Positions 48,438 to 60,577 of a stretch of DNA of 64,000 bases are shown in pieces. How positions within the stretch are numbered: position 1 is the first letter of the stretch; the number at the start of each line of letters is the position of its first letter. The notes below the pieces were generated by a model, which was given only the letters and a program-made list of their open reading frames with translations, did not search any database and had not been told where the DNA came from. The stretch lies in contig CM060731.1 of the NCBI GenBank assembly GCA_030704615.1, positions 5,456,001 through 5,520,000 of the forward strand, read 5' to 3'. The translations under genes were made by a program, and so were the position numbers. This DNA is from Takakia lepidozioides (Eukaryota > Plantae > Bryophyta).

Positions 48438-50721
48438 TAAGGAACCTTGCTGTGGACTTGGCTGTGTTGTCCCTCAGAGCTTTAGCTTCCACCCACTTCG
48501 TAGTATAATCAGTGGCTGTAATTATATACTTGTTCTGTGTATTCTTGGCCGGTGGGTTAATTGGTCCAACAAAGTCTAGTCCCCATTTCTGAAATGGTTC
48601 AGTAGGCATCGTAGGATGCAAAGCCATCTTCCCAAATCTCTGCAAAGGTCCTAGCCTCTGACATTCCTCACAACTCTGACAATACTTGTGTACATCTTTG
48701 AACAAAGTAGGCCACCAGTAACCTGCAAGTAGTATCTTCCTACTGGTAGTCTCTTCTCCAAAATGACCTCCAGCCACTCCTTTATGAACTTCCTCCAAGA
48801 CTTTATTTACTTCATGGTGGTACAAACATCGTTTAAGTACTCCATCAGGTCCTAGCTTATACATTCTGCCCCCTACCATAATATAAGGTAAAGCCTTGAT
48901 AGCGATTCTCTTCCTCTGCTCCTTACCATAACTAGGTGGGCACTGACCATGAGTAAGGTAGTATCTGATTGGCCACTGCCAATCTAACCATTCATCTGCA
49001 CTTCCTTGCACCTCCATTGCAAGTAAACTCGCATCAGGTAATGGGTTGTCTACTCCTGTGGCGGGCTCTCCTGTTGTTAGGCGTGACAAATGATCTGCCA
49101 CAAGATGCAAACGACCAGGCTTGTAAACAACTTCGAACTCAAACTCGTGCAAGATTATTAACCACCTTGCTATCCTTCCACTTATCAAAGGTTTGTTCAC
49201 CAGATATATCAGAGCCTGGTGATCCACATAAGACATAAACTTTCTTCCCAATAGGTAATGCCTGAATTTCTTGACTGCATAAATCATTGCCAGTGCTTTC
49301 TCTTTCAGTTGTGCTATAGTTCCTTTCAGCACTGTTCATCAACCTGCTAGCATAGTACATAGGTGAATCTATATTTCCTGTAACATTTTGGGCTAACACC
49401 GCTCCCAACGCTTCTCCTGAGGCATCACAGTGAACATGAAATACTACATGTCAGTGAGGATTATCAGGTGTAGTTGTTACTGACAATGTAAGTTCCTCAA
49501 AAGCCTCTTGACATTTAGCTATCCATGCAAACACTGCATCTTTCTTTAGAAGCTTGCTCAATGGTGCTGCTATCTGTGCATACCTTTTAACAAATCTTCT
49601 GTAATAACAGGTTTGTCCAAAGAATCTCTTTAGACTCTTAACATTTACTGGTGGTGGAGAGGCTTTAATGGCTTTGTCTTCCTGGGATCCACAAGAAGTC
49701 CCCTCTTACACACTATGTGTCCCAAAAGCACCCCTGAGTTCACACAGAAAGTACATTTCTCTGGATTCAGGCCCCGACCTCTCATCCTACATTTGGCCAA
49801 ACATAACTCCAATTTATGCAAGTGCTCATTCTTAGAGCTGTACACACTGAAATCATCCAAGAACACCTGCATAAAATCATCCAGATACTCATGAAAAAAT
49901 TCACTTATCACTCTCTGAAAGGTTGCTGGTGCATTACAAAGTCCAAAAGGCATGACTTTGTGTGCATAAGCACCCCAATCTGTGATGAAAGTTGTCTTTC
50001 CCTGGTCTTCTTCTGCCACTTGCACTTGATTATAACCACTGAAGCCATCCATGAATGAGTACATCTCATGGCCTGCCACAGTGTCCAATACCGCTTCTGT
50101 GAATGGCAAAGGGAAATGATCTTTCTTCGTGCAAGCATTCAACTTCTTATAGTTCACACAAACTCTCAGTTTACCATTCTTCTTGGGAACTATCACAATG
50201 GGTGACAACCAAGTTGTATACTCTATCGGGTATATAAACTTAGCCTCAGCCAACTTCTTGATCTCTTCTCCAACCTTCTATGCATAGTTGGGATTCATTC
50301 TGTACCTTGCATGTTTGATTGGTACGGACCCTAGTTCCAGTTCAATCTTATGTTGACAGATCTCAAGTGGTATCCCTTTTAGATCCTCGTAGCTCCAAGC
50401 AAATACATCTCTGTATTTGATGAACAAACTCTTAGCTTCCTCAAAGAATTCTGGCTCCAAATCAGCCCCTACCTTCACCATCCTCGGTTCCTCTTCAATT
50501 CCCACATTCACTTCTCTCACCTGCTCATCAGCTGTGATTGTCCAACCAGTCACCACTTCATCCTGTAAACTCACAGTGGCTGGTTCCTCTAGGATTTCCA
50601 TTTCTCCTTCTCTTTCTTCATAGAAATGTGGTGGGTAACTGCTTGTTTCACCTTCAATTGGTGTTGCTGTCACCACACCACAACAGATACCTTTTAAACA
50701 ACTTAGGCCTTCCAGCTGCAT
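48438..50721 (-). pseudogene. Gypsy B pol: RT, RNase H, integrase N-terminus and start of core
   Basis: [91 protein letters not shown]. Stops and frameshifts. Confidence 0.95.
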
Positions 50722-50739
50722 CTCTGCAACCTGCTCCTA

Positions 50740-53725
50740 CTATGGGTGTGCAGCGAATATGGTAGCTTCCTGCTCCTCATCCAGTCCTCCCCTCCAGTCA
50801 TACTCCCTGACCCCTCGAGGTCTTCTCGTAGCAGGTAATCTACTAGATTTCTTAGTGGTAATTTGTATCTTGTGCATCCCATCATGCACAGTTAGTAACT
50901 GGGAATTCCAGTCATGGAATACCCTGGCCTGTTTCAACCACGGACGTCCCAACAATAAGGAGTAAGCTTCCATGACTTCATCCATTTTTAACACAATTAC
51001 TGTGATCATAAAGATCATCTTTTGAATCTGTATCTTAACTCCTCTTATCAATCCCAGTGGCTGAACACTTCTTTGATCTGCCATTGTTACTGTAAATGGG
51101 GCTGGCTTCATGTTACTAAGACCAAGCTTCTGCCTTAATTGGTCTGTCACGATGTTCACTCCAGAGCCTCCATCTATCAATACATCAGTTAGTTCTGTGC
51201 TTCCAATTCTCAATTGGATTACTTGGATAGAATCATCAAAGTCCATGATTGTTTCTCGCCCTTCCGGCTTCACATTATAACTGGTCACCTTGCTGTTCAG
51301 GTCTGTGTTCCCTGTCACATGGGCAATTTGATTGATTGCTTGATATAGCCTCTGTCTACAATAAGGTACCACAGCCAATAGCTGTCCAATGGTAATCTCC
51401 GCTTTGGACTGGCATATTACTTCAGCCAAAGTCCCTTCATTACTCTGCATGTCTGCAGCTTCTTTCTTCCCTTCATCCTCACTCACTTCTTCTTCTCCAT
51501 CAGAATCAGAGGAATCTGCCACAGGAATATTAGTACTCTTCTGCATTTCCCTTATGGTATCTGTCACTTCCTTGTGCAGTTCCTTCTCATCTCTCCAAGT
51601 CTCATCATCTTCAGGCACATCACTGCCATCTTCATTATTATCTTCTTCCTCATCTAGTGGAGGTATTAGTTTGGCTTTGCTTCTCGTTACTATCATTGTA
51701 CTTACTTCTGGTACAACACATGGCCTAACCATGTGAGCTGCCACCACTGACCCCTCATTCATAGGAGCTCTCATCTCATTCTGGTGTCTGATCCAGAATG
51801 GACAGGCTGCCTTGCGATGGCCTGCCTGATTACAACAGTAACACAATTCTTCCCCATTAGGTCCTCGCCCTTGGTCTGTTTTGGAATTGTTTCTGTAATC
51901 CTGATTCCCTGGCTGGTAATTCCCCCTTGGATTACCCTGATAGTTGCCTCTGGAATTTCCTTGGTAATTCCCTCTTGAATTACCTCTCCCTTCCATGCCA
52001 TTGTTATAACCACCAGGCCTACCATAGTGGTCCTGATCACTATTTCTTCTTGGCTGGGGCTGCACTTGATGCACCCTTACTTGCCTAGGTTCTCTAGCTG
52101 TTGTCCTTCTGTTGTAGTAACAATTCTCAGTAGAATGGTTATCCATTTTATAGATAGTACAGTGTTTCTCCTTCATGTGGCATTCAGTGGTGGTATGGCC
52201 TTCATTCTGGCACTTTGCACACCAAACACCCTTCCTCCAATGTGTTGCAGCCTCCATGGCATACTTCTTCAAGATTTCTTCTAATCTTTTCTCATAGTTA
52301 TCCCTCTTCAACTTCTCCTTTCTCTTACTCTTCCTTTTCAGCTCTTGCTCTTCTTCCTCATCTGACTCATCCTCAGAGTCCTCATCATCCCTTTTCTCTC
52401 TCCTGAGCATTCCCAATTGCTCAATTCTGTTCGCTGTTTCAAATGCCTCCTCCACTGTATTATGGGGTAACATATCCACTTTCTTTTGCAAGTCTGGTCT
52501 TAGTCCACTCACAAACCAAGTCTTCTGTAAACCTGGTGCTGGTATAGCAGCCAACTTTTTCATCATCAATTCCATTTTTTCCATATACTCCTCAACAGTT
52601 TCATGCTTCTTTTGCTTTAACTGTTGTAAACTTCCATACACTTCATCCTCAGTTTTACTTGTCCTGAACCTATTTCGGAATGTTGTATTCAAGCCATTCC
52701 AGGTTAGGAAATGATTATCACGGAATCTTGCATACCATTCACTTGCTTTCTTGATAAGTGAACAAGGAAACAATCTCATCTTGGCATCATCGCCATTCTC
52801 ATTGTTCACAATACACATGTGCTCAAATTGGCTAATGTGTACATCAGGATCCCCGAATATATTGGAAAAGGTGGTTTTGCCCGTGTTGGTTGTAACGCCA
52901 TCTGTGGCCCTACCTTTTGCCCACTGACAGATGCTGGCCCCCTTGCTGGTGCTGGTCCTTGAGGACCTGTTGTAGTTGTGGTGGATCTTCCACCCAGTGG
53001 TGGCCCCTGAGCACTCCCTGCTACTGGCCCCACGATATTCACAGTATTCCCAGCTCCAGTTGCACTTACTTCCCACACTCCCTGTCCCCCCAGAGCCAGA
53101 TCCAGGCTGCCCGCCTGATCCCCCTGAGCCGACACCTTCGTTGGCCTGTGATCCAAGTGCTCCACTTGATCCAGGTCCAACGGGTTGGGATGTCCTAGTT
53201 GTAGTCTCAACCTCAGGTGTTGGTTCTACTTCTTCATACTCTTCCTCTTCCAATTTCTTCTCTCTGTTTTCATCCTCCAAGTTCTGCCCTTGGGTTTCTT
53301 CTTCACTCATGTAACTCAACTGCAATGGTGTTGGAGAGTCTGAACTCTCCGTTGGCTCTGCCACATCCTCTCCTCCTTCCATTTCAGAAACTGGAGTTCT
53401 TGCTTTTGGTGTTCCATGCCAACTCTTATCAAAGATTTCTGTCAAATCTTTTATCCAGGGATGTACCTCAGATCTTTCACCTCGTGGTTGATCTTCTTCC
53501 CGTACCAATTCCCTTAATCTTTCTTGCAAAGAAAAAAGAAGGAGTGGCATCCAACTCTAGTTCTTCCGGTATGGGTGATGTACTCTCTGATCTTAATGGT
53601 GTGAGAGGTCCAGATGATTCCCCTATGTCTATTCCTCTCTCCCAAAGATATGGATAATTAGCTTTCAGATAACTTTCTCTTTTTGCTAAATATCTCTGGA
53701 GTCTAGCTTCTCTTTCATCACTCAT
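50740..53725 (-). pseudogene. Gypsy B Gag-protease (frameshifted N-terminus)
   Basis: DPDVHISQF..KMRLFPCSL..ASEWY; LKQKKHETVEEY; three CCHC-type knuckles; protease VLIDGGSGVNIV..LLLGRPWL. Confidence 0.9.
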
Positions 53726-53806
53726 GTCCCATGTCTTTCATTTCTTTAATGTGGCAATAACCAAAACTCTCTTCTGTAGTATCTCTCGTATATGCTTGGG
53801 TTTCTT

Positions 53807-54445
53807 TCAAGCTTCAATGCACCCTTGGCTATCTATACTAGAAGTCTTTGTTACCATATAACCATATGGCAAACAAGTCTGGAAAGTTGTTCTTGGTGTG
53901 AGTTTGATCCACAGAATATCCTTTGGAATCCAATTCTTTACCAGAACAAGCTCCTCATGCATATGAGTATAAACATTCACCTTCCTTTCCCCCCAGCCTT
54001 CAAACTCTACTCGCTTAATGGATAGCAATGCTATCACATAAACCAGTGTTGGTAACCAACGTGCTCTTCCTCTACAGGCCACCTGATAAATCTTTATCAC
54101 TCCTTTCTCCAGACCCCACTCAGGGTCAGCATCATGCACTCTCTTAAGAATGTTTTCTTTACAACCGTCTGGCAATTCCAAGAACCTCTGAAAGAATTGT
54201 TTGGACAATTTTTCCTTCTCAGTTTCACAGGGAATTTGATTCACATCAAATTCTTTAATTCTCCAACCACCATGATCCCACCAGATGCCTGTCACATCTG
54301 GCTGTTCATGACTCAGTTCCCCAATATGGTCGCCAAATGTCGAGCGGCTTTTACTCACCCATCCCTTCTCTATCCAAGGTGGAAACTCCAAGATAGAAGA
54401 ATTGGATATTTCTAAGCACTCAGCCCACTCAGTACAATCAGTCAT
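53807..54445 (-). CDS. Extra ORF 5' of gag, 212 aa, unknown function
   Basis: ATG-initiated, protein-like composition, sense to gag. In frame with the gag ATG at 53725 across two TGA codons (53807, 53738). Confidence 0.55.
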   Translation of the reverse strand: MTDCTEWAECLEISNSSILEFPPWIEKGWVSKSRSTFGDHIGELSHEQPDVTGIWWDHGGWRIKEFDVNQIPCETEKEKLSKQFFQRFLELPDGCKENILKRVHDADPEWGLEKGVIKIYQVACRGRARWLPTLVYVIALLSIKRVEFEGWGERKVNVYTHMHEELVLVKNWIPKDILWIKLTPRTTFQTCLPYGYMVTKTSSIDSQGCIEA

Positions 54446-54980
54446 GACCTACAGCTAGTGAATCATGGTTGTGCTTCCCATTTGTATTCCTTCTTGCCTT
54501 CATGTTATCAATTCACCTTATCTGATACTGAAGCTTCATATTGCTTCAGTATCTACTTAATTCCAATTAATCATGCATTCATTTCACAGCTTCACTTGTG
54601 TCTCTCTACACAGTGTGCTTGTATCGAATAAGTATCAGATTATGATTTATCAGGTATCAGGCCAATGCCATGGTGACTCTAATCTGCCCTACAGTTTCAC
54701 TACAACTTTGCATGTAACAAGCATCTACTGTTTATCTCTCCTCCTTCTCCATGCTCTCGTTCTTGCTCTCCACCTGATCTCCTCTCATACATGACCCAGA
54801 AGCGCTCCCCGTGAAGTGTGTCCCCTTCTTTCCGTTGCCCCTCTCCTTATCTGCCCGCAAGCTGTTCTAACCACCTAACTAATTAACCGTCATCCCTGAA
54901 GTAACACGTTCCTTCTGCAGATGTCGTTCCCTCACAGTCGTTCCCTGCCAATGATAACTATTCCTCATGTACTGTGACAT

Positions 54981-55104
54981 GCTGTGTCAAGCTGTGCCGA
55001 GCTGTGACTGGCTGTGTAAGGCTGTGTCGGCTGTGTCGGGCTGTGACTGGCTGTGTCAGGCTGTGACGGGCTGTGCGAAGCTGTGGCGGCTGTGTCGGGC
55101 TATG
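54981..55104. repeat. ~10-bp tandem repeat (GCTGTGTCGG) x ~12 in the candidate LTR
   Basis: Directly visible GCTGTGnnnn units. Confidence 0.9.
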
Positions 55105-55225
55105 TAACCCCCCTAAAGCTTGCTGCTGCCACCCCTAAGCCTCATGTTGGTCTCAGTCTGCGCAAAAATTAAGGGTACCCCACAGAACTCGTAAAAGCGT
55201 CTAAGTCCCAAGCAGCCCTCTAACA

Positions 55226-56410
55226 GTACTGCATTATCTTGGGTCGACCTTGGTAGGTGCCAGCATTGATGAGTGAGAACCATCTGGTTTTATTATGTCG
55301 CAGTAGGAGTTTATGTATATGTCATACTGCATGCAGGTTGTGTCTAGCGATACAGAGCACATGGATGATGGGGTGGGGGCATTCGTTAAGGAGATAGGGT
55401 CAAGTATCATGTGTCGCATGTATGTGGGAGCATAGAGGGTAGTGTGGCGATAGGTATATGGTTGGCAAGAAAGTGTGCTTACGCTGATGTCCCATGTACT
55501 GAGCGTATCTGAATTGAAGTGTTTGTCGGATTTGCACGTCAAATGCCTCTCTAGTGTGCCAGAAGTGATTAGATAGTTTGTGGTGGAGTACATCGGAAAG
55601 AGTCCATTTTTTGAATATGCAGTTTGGTGTGGCTGATGGAAGCAACGGCTTGTTTGTGGGCTTCTTTAGATAACGGAGTAATGAGGTTATGGATAGGCCG
55701 GCGTTCAGGGGGCCAGGAACCGGGGGGTTTGTTAATGGAGATAGCAAGGTTGATAATAGCGGTAATAAGACTGCGATCGGGGTGGTGGTGATGGGAGGAG
55801 GGACATGCAAGGTGGTTACGGAGTAGAAAAAGTGAAGTGAGACTATCCGTAAAAATGTAGTATGGTGGTGGGGAAAACAGAGTGAGTTGGGAAAGAACTT
55901 CAAAGATAGCCATGAGTTCGGCACGTAGTATGGTTGCAGGGCCGGGAAGTCGGTGGGCGGTCCCTTTGTTAGTGGCGGCGTGATAAACGCCGTATCCAGC
56001 TCGTGAGCTGGAGTGGGAGCCATCAGTATAGTGTGAATGAAATGGGGGGTATTTGGGGGCGATAGGGCCCAAATGTACCGGGGGGGGCATCCCGCGTGGA
56101 GGTTATATCGTGGACGGTCATAGGGCGGGGGGGGGCATAGCCCAATCTTTGTTCGGTTTTGGCCTGTAGGTTGATCTGGAGGGAGGACAATGCGGTGGTG
56201 AGGGTGGGTAGATAGTGAAGGACATGCCATGGGTACTGGATAAGAGACGATTGAGGCAAGTGGGGAAGTCTGTAGGTATGGAGGTGCATGGGGGTTTTTG
56301 GACAAGCAGTAGCAGGGTTAGAGTGAGTTCTTTGTTGCAGAGATATTTGGGGATGGGCAAGGTGCGCATGTAGCGGAGGTGGTTGGGTTCACTACACCGT
56401 TGGGGGGGTG
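55226..56410 (-). mobile_element. Dualen/RandI-like LINE fragment: RNase H plus decayed CCHC/RHN region
   Basis: YTDGS..AGYGVY..TILRAELMAI..IFTDSLTSL; LQFRYAQYMG; YPLC..DT..LNEC..IARHN. Frameshifted. Confidence 0.75.
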
Positions 56411-56411
56411 G

Positions 56412-57383
56412 GGGATGGCCAGACGCGTCGCTAATCGCGGATTTTCGGCCCGACGAAAAATGCAAATCTACGATGCTTTCAGGCGTCGCTACGGCGCCGA
56501 CGTCGCAGAATCCGCACTTAAGGCGACACTAGGAGGGTCGCAGATCCAACCCCCCTGAAAATCCCCACTAGTGACGCCATGGGGATCGTTGTTTGGGAGC
56601 GACAAATTTTTTAATTTTGAAAAATGGCGGGATCCACACGGTTCAAAAAATGGCGGGACACACACTTGCCACGTAGTGTCAAACCTAATCCATGAACATG
56701 TGTTTGTAAGTAGCTGACACATATCAAGTTCCTAATTCATTCAACGTGTTATTAGGCAAATTTGAACTCAAGACCTCTAGATTATACACATACTAAGACA
56801 CTTCACACTAACCAACATATCAATCACGAAATATTTTAATTGTATATAAGGTAGTTCATGTATACAAGCGTTGCTTGTCGCGACCTCAAAGTGACACTCC
56901 TCGTGTCGCTCAAATGTAAGCGACGTCTCTGGCGTCGCTTTTTCCTACACCATCTCTTGCAGAAACCAAATTATGATCAAGTCATTTTCAGGCGTCGCTA
57001 AAAATGACTTACCAAAAAAAAAAATCAAAAGCGACGCTCAGGGCGTCGCACAAAATTACTCATAAAAAGAAAAAACTCAAAAGCGACGCCCAGGGCGTCG
57101 CAATTAAAAAACGATTTATTTTTATTTTTATTTATTTTTCCCCGAGGTGCTTGAAGCGATGCCTTGGGCGTTGCAACCTCCCAACCGACGCTCTAGGCGT
57201 CACAACAGGGGCCAACCCCCAGTGCGTTTTTTTTTTAAATTTTACTCTAGGCGTCGCAATAAAGGACTTGGCCAAAATCCACGATTTTGTGGATTTTGGC
57301 AGTATGTCTGTGACGCCCAGAGCGTCGCAAGATGGGGACGCGGCGGGGGCGTCGCACGGGACCCAACCAGCCCTGACCATCCC
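56412..57383. mobile_element. Non-autonomous TIR element (hAT-like ends) with dense GCGACG/CGTCGC repeats
   Basis: GGGATGGCCAG at 56412 and CTGACCATCCC ending at 57383 form imperfect inverted ends. Many GCGACG..CGTCGC pairs inside. No TSD. Confidence 0.55.
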
Positions 57384-57384
57384 A

Positions 57385-58330
57385 AGGCCTTCATCATTGA
57401 GGCCATTCTTGGCATCAACACCTGAACCTCACTCGACGCATTTGGCGCTACTAATGTTGATACATATTACCTTTGTAAATGGGCAGGCTTTTCTACAGAA
57501 CACAACACGTGGCAAATCGAAGAAGACCTCTTTGGGACCCACGAAGACTGCGACCCCATCCATAACCGTGATCTTCTAATCAGATTCCACAAACGAACTA
57601 ACACCAAATATCTAGCACACACCCACCAACACCACTCTTCACAAACCCAATTGATAGACGTCCGTTACATCCGCACCTCCCTAGCTGCCCCAAATTTGCA
57701 TATACAAACCACCGAATGTAACCCAAACAAATACATTGTGCATGATTCCTCCATCATATGCCCTAGTCCTAGTTTGTCCAACATATACACACTCAGCAGC
57801 AATTTCGCCGGGTCAATTTCCAGCACCAGACTTGCCTGGCTCTGGTCTCAATACTCCACTTCCACCTCTCACACTACCCAATTACAACCGCCAAAGCAAG
57901 ACTTTGCCACAGAGGTCTGCTGGCTTATAGACCGGTACCTTCGCGACACACCCCCCCCACAAAACCCCGCACCCTCGATAAACTAGCCCTTGCATATACT
58001 CATAGCACCATCTCACCAAATATCCTCAAACTTCTCATCACCACATTTCAGCTTATACACTCATACTATTCTAGCCCACTCACGCGCCCCCTTGAGCTCT
58101 CCTCCTATGACAGCCCGCACCCCAGAGACTGTGTATTCGGAGCCCTTGGTTCCGCTACCCAACATACTTGGTCCGGAGGTGGCCTCGCGCACCCACCACC
58201 CGGACCCCTCACCCATGAGGCTCTACAATGGGCGCGCCTCGCCGCCTATTCTTCCCCCTTTGCCATCACTATCCTTATCCTCACTCAACAAAGCTTACCT
58301 AATCACGACCACCCCTTCTCCAACTCCCCT
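57385..58330 (+). mobile_element. Dualen-like LINE fragment: chromodomain plus adenine-MTase-like segment
   Basis: FIIEAILG..YYLCKWAGFSTEHNTWQIEEDL (57390-57530). YYSSPLT..YDSPHPRDCVFGALGSATQHTWSGGGLAHPP..EALQWARLAA..ITILIL (58064-58282). These domains are missed or cut short by the ORF track. Confidence 0.65.
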
Positions 58331-58419
58331 TTCTCCAACTCCCCCCTGAGGTGACGCCACTGGTGGCCATTGAACCACTACTACGTTTAGGGGGTTTAGT
58401 GACGCCTATCCCCCCGTGG

Positions 58420-60577
58420 TACCTGACAGAGTTGGAAGGCAAGAAGGCAGGCAAAGAAGGCATTGATGGAGATCAAGAGTTGCAAATGTTGGAGACACAT
58501 TTGCAGGAGTTACGAAAGCAAGGTGCCGCTTGGAGACCACACGATCGGAACTCACCCACTTGGGCGTTCTCCAAGATGAACAACAATCAGCCAGTTGATT
58601 GCAATGTAAGTGAGGTCATGCGATGTATAGTATGTCACAGTGAGACAGTGGTCCCAGAAATTTTGGCATTGCGAACCAGATGTTGAAAAGGCTTGATAAC
58701 TTATTTCAAGCAAAAATATGGAATAACTGCGATGAAGAAGCATGTAGAAGTGGAACGAAGAGTCACCGTAAAGGTCCATTAAAGTGTGAGTCAGCAAAGA
58801 ACCGACACTGCCATTTCAAGGTTTTTCTCCTTTGTTGATCCTTTCAAGAAAGACCATGCAACACAAAAGGGTTTTCTGGAAGATGTGATGTTGTAGTGAA
58901 GAACCTACTCTTAGTTCATGCTTGTCAGCAACTTGCACTTTTGATCTTTGGATGTCCAAAGGGGCTTATGACATATTTGTAGTTGTTGTGAAATTTCTTC
59001 AAGTGAGTGGGAACCGAAACATGTTGCAATAGGTCTCTTTGAAGCCAGGGAGACCACTGGGGCAGCCATGGAGCCCTGCAAAATTACAGGAGTTGCTTGA
59101 CAAATTTAAGCTTAAAAAAAAGATCATATGTTACGTAAAGGATGAGGGTGCCAATCTGGAAATATGTGCTACAACAATGAGTACAGTTGTTTCATGTGAT
59201 TCTTTGGGCATCTCCGAGCCATTCTCCGGGGCTTGCTTTGGACATGCCCTATCAAAGGTTTGTCAGTATGCAACTACTGATGACAAGGTTGCTGAAGGCT
59301 TTGACTATGCATCCATCAAAGCTGCACAAGCCGACATTCAGAAGTGTATCACATGGCCAAAAAAATCAGGGAAAGTGCGGAGAGAGTGGGACAAAGCTTG
59401 TATAGAATGTGGGATGAGGCCACGAAAATTGAATACACGGGTGAAAACCAGGTCTGATTTAGATTCCTTTCAAGCTTATATGTGACTTCTTTCATTTTTG
59501 TGAGTCTTCTTTGCCATGTTTTAGGTTCCTTGCCATAGCTCGAACTGATATGGTTTTTTCAATTTAGGTTTGCAAGTCGGGTATTCCTATTTCAGGATGT
59601 TCTTTTGTACCAAACAGCCATAGTTCTTTGTTATTCGCGCCAATCTTTGGCATTACAGGATAATGTTCCTCCTCCACGAACATGGGTTGTCTATGAAGTT
59701 GTGGTGAAAGTCTTGTCACCTATAGTAACCAATTGTGTATTGAATCAGAGCCAAGGACATTGGTTGTTGGGGGATGCTTTACAATTTGTGATATCAACAT
59801 GCCACGAATGTTAAGAAGAGCTTTCAATCAGGGCTATTCTAGATCCACGATCATCACTTTTTGATGATGAATTAGCAGAGCTCATTGTGAACATGAAACG
59901 ACAAATTGTTCAAACCCTCTTACCATTCATCTCTTTCCTGAAGTAAGTTTGAGAAGAGAAAAAACCACAACCTGCTAGCTTTGATGCTAGATCCTAGATT
60001 CAAGGGATTGGGAATGATCACCACATTCGTAGGTCGTGAAAATGCTTTCATCTTGGTTACCGAATATGACCAGAAGCTCTTATTGCCCTTACTAAAGCAA
60101 GGTTACAACATATTGGTGCCCACGTCATCGATTGAGCCTGAAGTACAGCCTTCAAGCTCTGTGGAGAATATTCACGACTTGTTCCAGACATGGAAACAAG
60201 TGCAGACACGCTGAAAGATATTGTGTCGAGAGAGCTATCGGGATTTTGTCATTACCTTGTTGAATGTGCTTTGTCTTGGTTGTGGAGCAATGAGCACAAG
60301 TTTCCAACAATTGGTATGTTAGCTAGACAAATTCTTGGCATTCCAGGAGTCAAATCGAGACGGAAAGAATATTTTCATTGCAGGTTTGTTGATTGCCCTT
60401 CGTAGATGTCGACTACAAACATATCACTTGGACCAAATGATCTTTATTGGCAAGAATTGGCCAAGCGACCCTCGTTCTGGATGTGAGAAGCCAAGTGACG
60501 TTGCAAGTATGTGCGAGGCTGAAGTAGATTTGACCGAGGAGCTTGACGCTGAATTCAGGAATGAAGTTGAACGTTAA
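58420..60577 (+). pseudogene. hAT transposase (BED finger, DDE core, dimerization domain), decayed
   Basis: SPTWAF..MRCIVCH..AMKKHV; FDLWMSKG; YVKDEGANL; CFGHALSK; MLDPRFK; EHKFPTIGMLARQILGIP..ETERIFS..RRCRL..KNWPSDPR. Intron ~59452-59568; many frameshifts. Confidence 0.9.

Larger units (their letters stand above)
48438..55225 (-). mobile_element. Ty3/gypsy LTR retrotransposon B (Athila/Tat-like), truncated within the integrase
   Basis: Order is extra ORF, Gag, PR, RT, RH, partial INT. Candidate 5' LTR 54952-55225 (TG..CA) followed by TTGGCAGGGAAC (PBS-like position). Confidence 0.85.

Noticed and set aside
56545-56556. CAACCCCCC as the right TIR of the element starting at 18782
   Set aside because: The match does not extend (ATGGAATAGCAACCCCCC expected) and the L1 does not resume after it.
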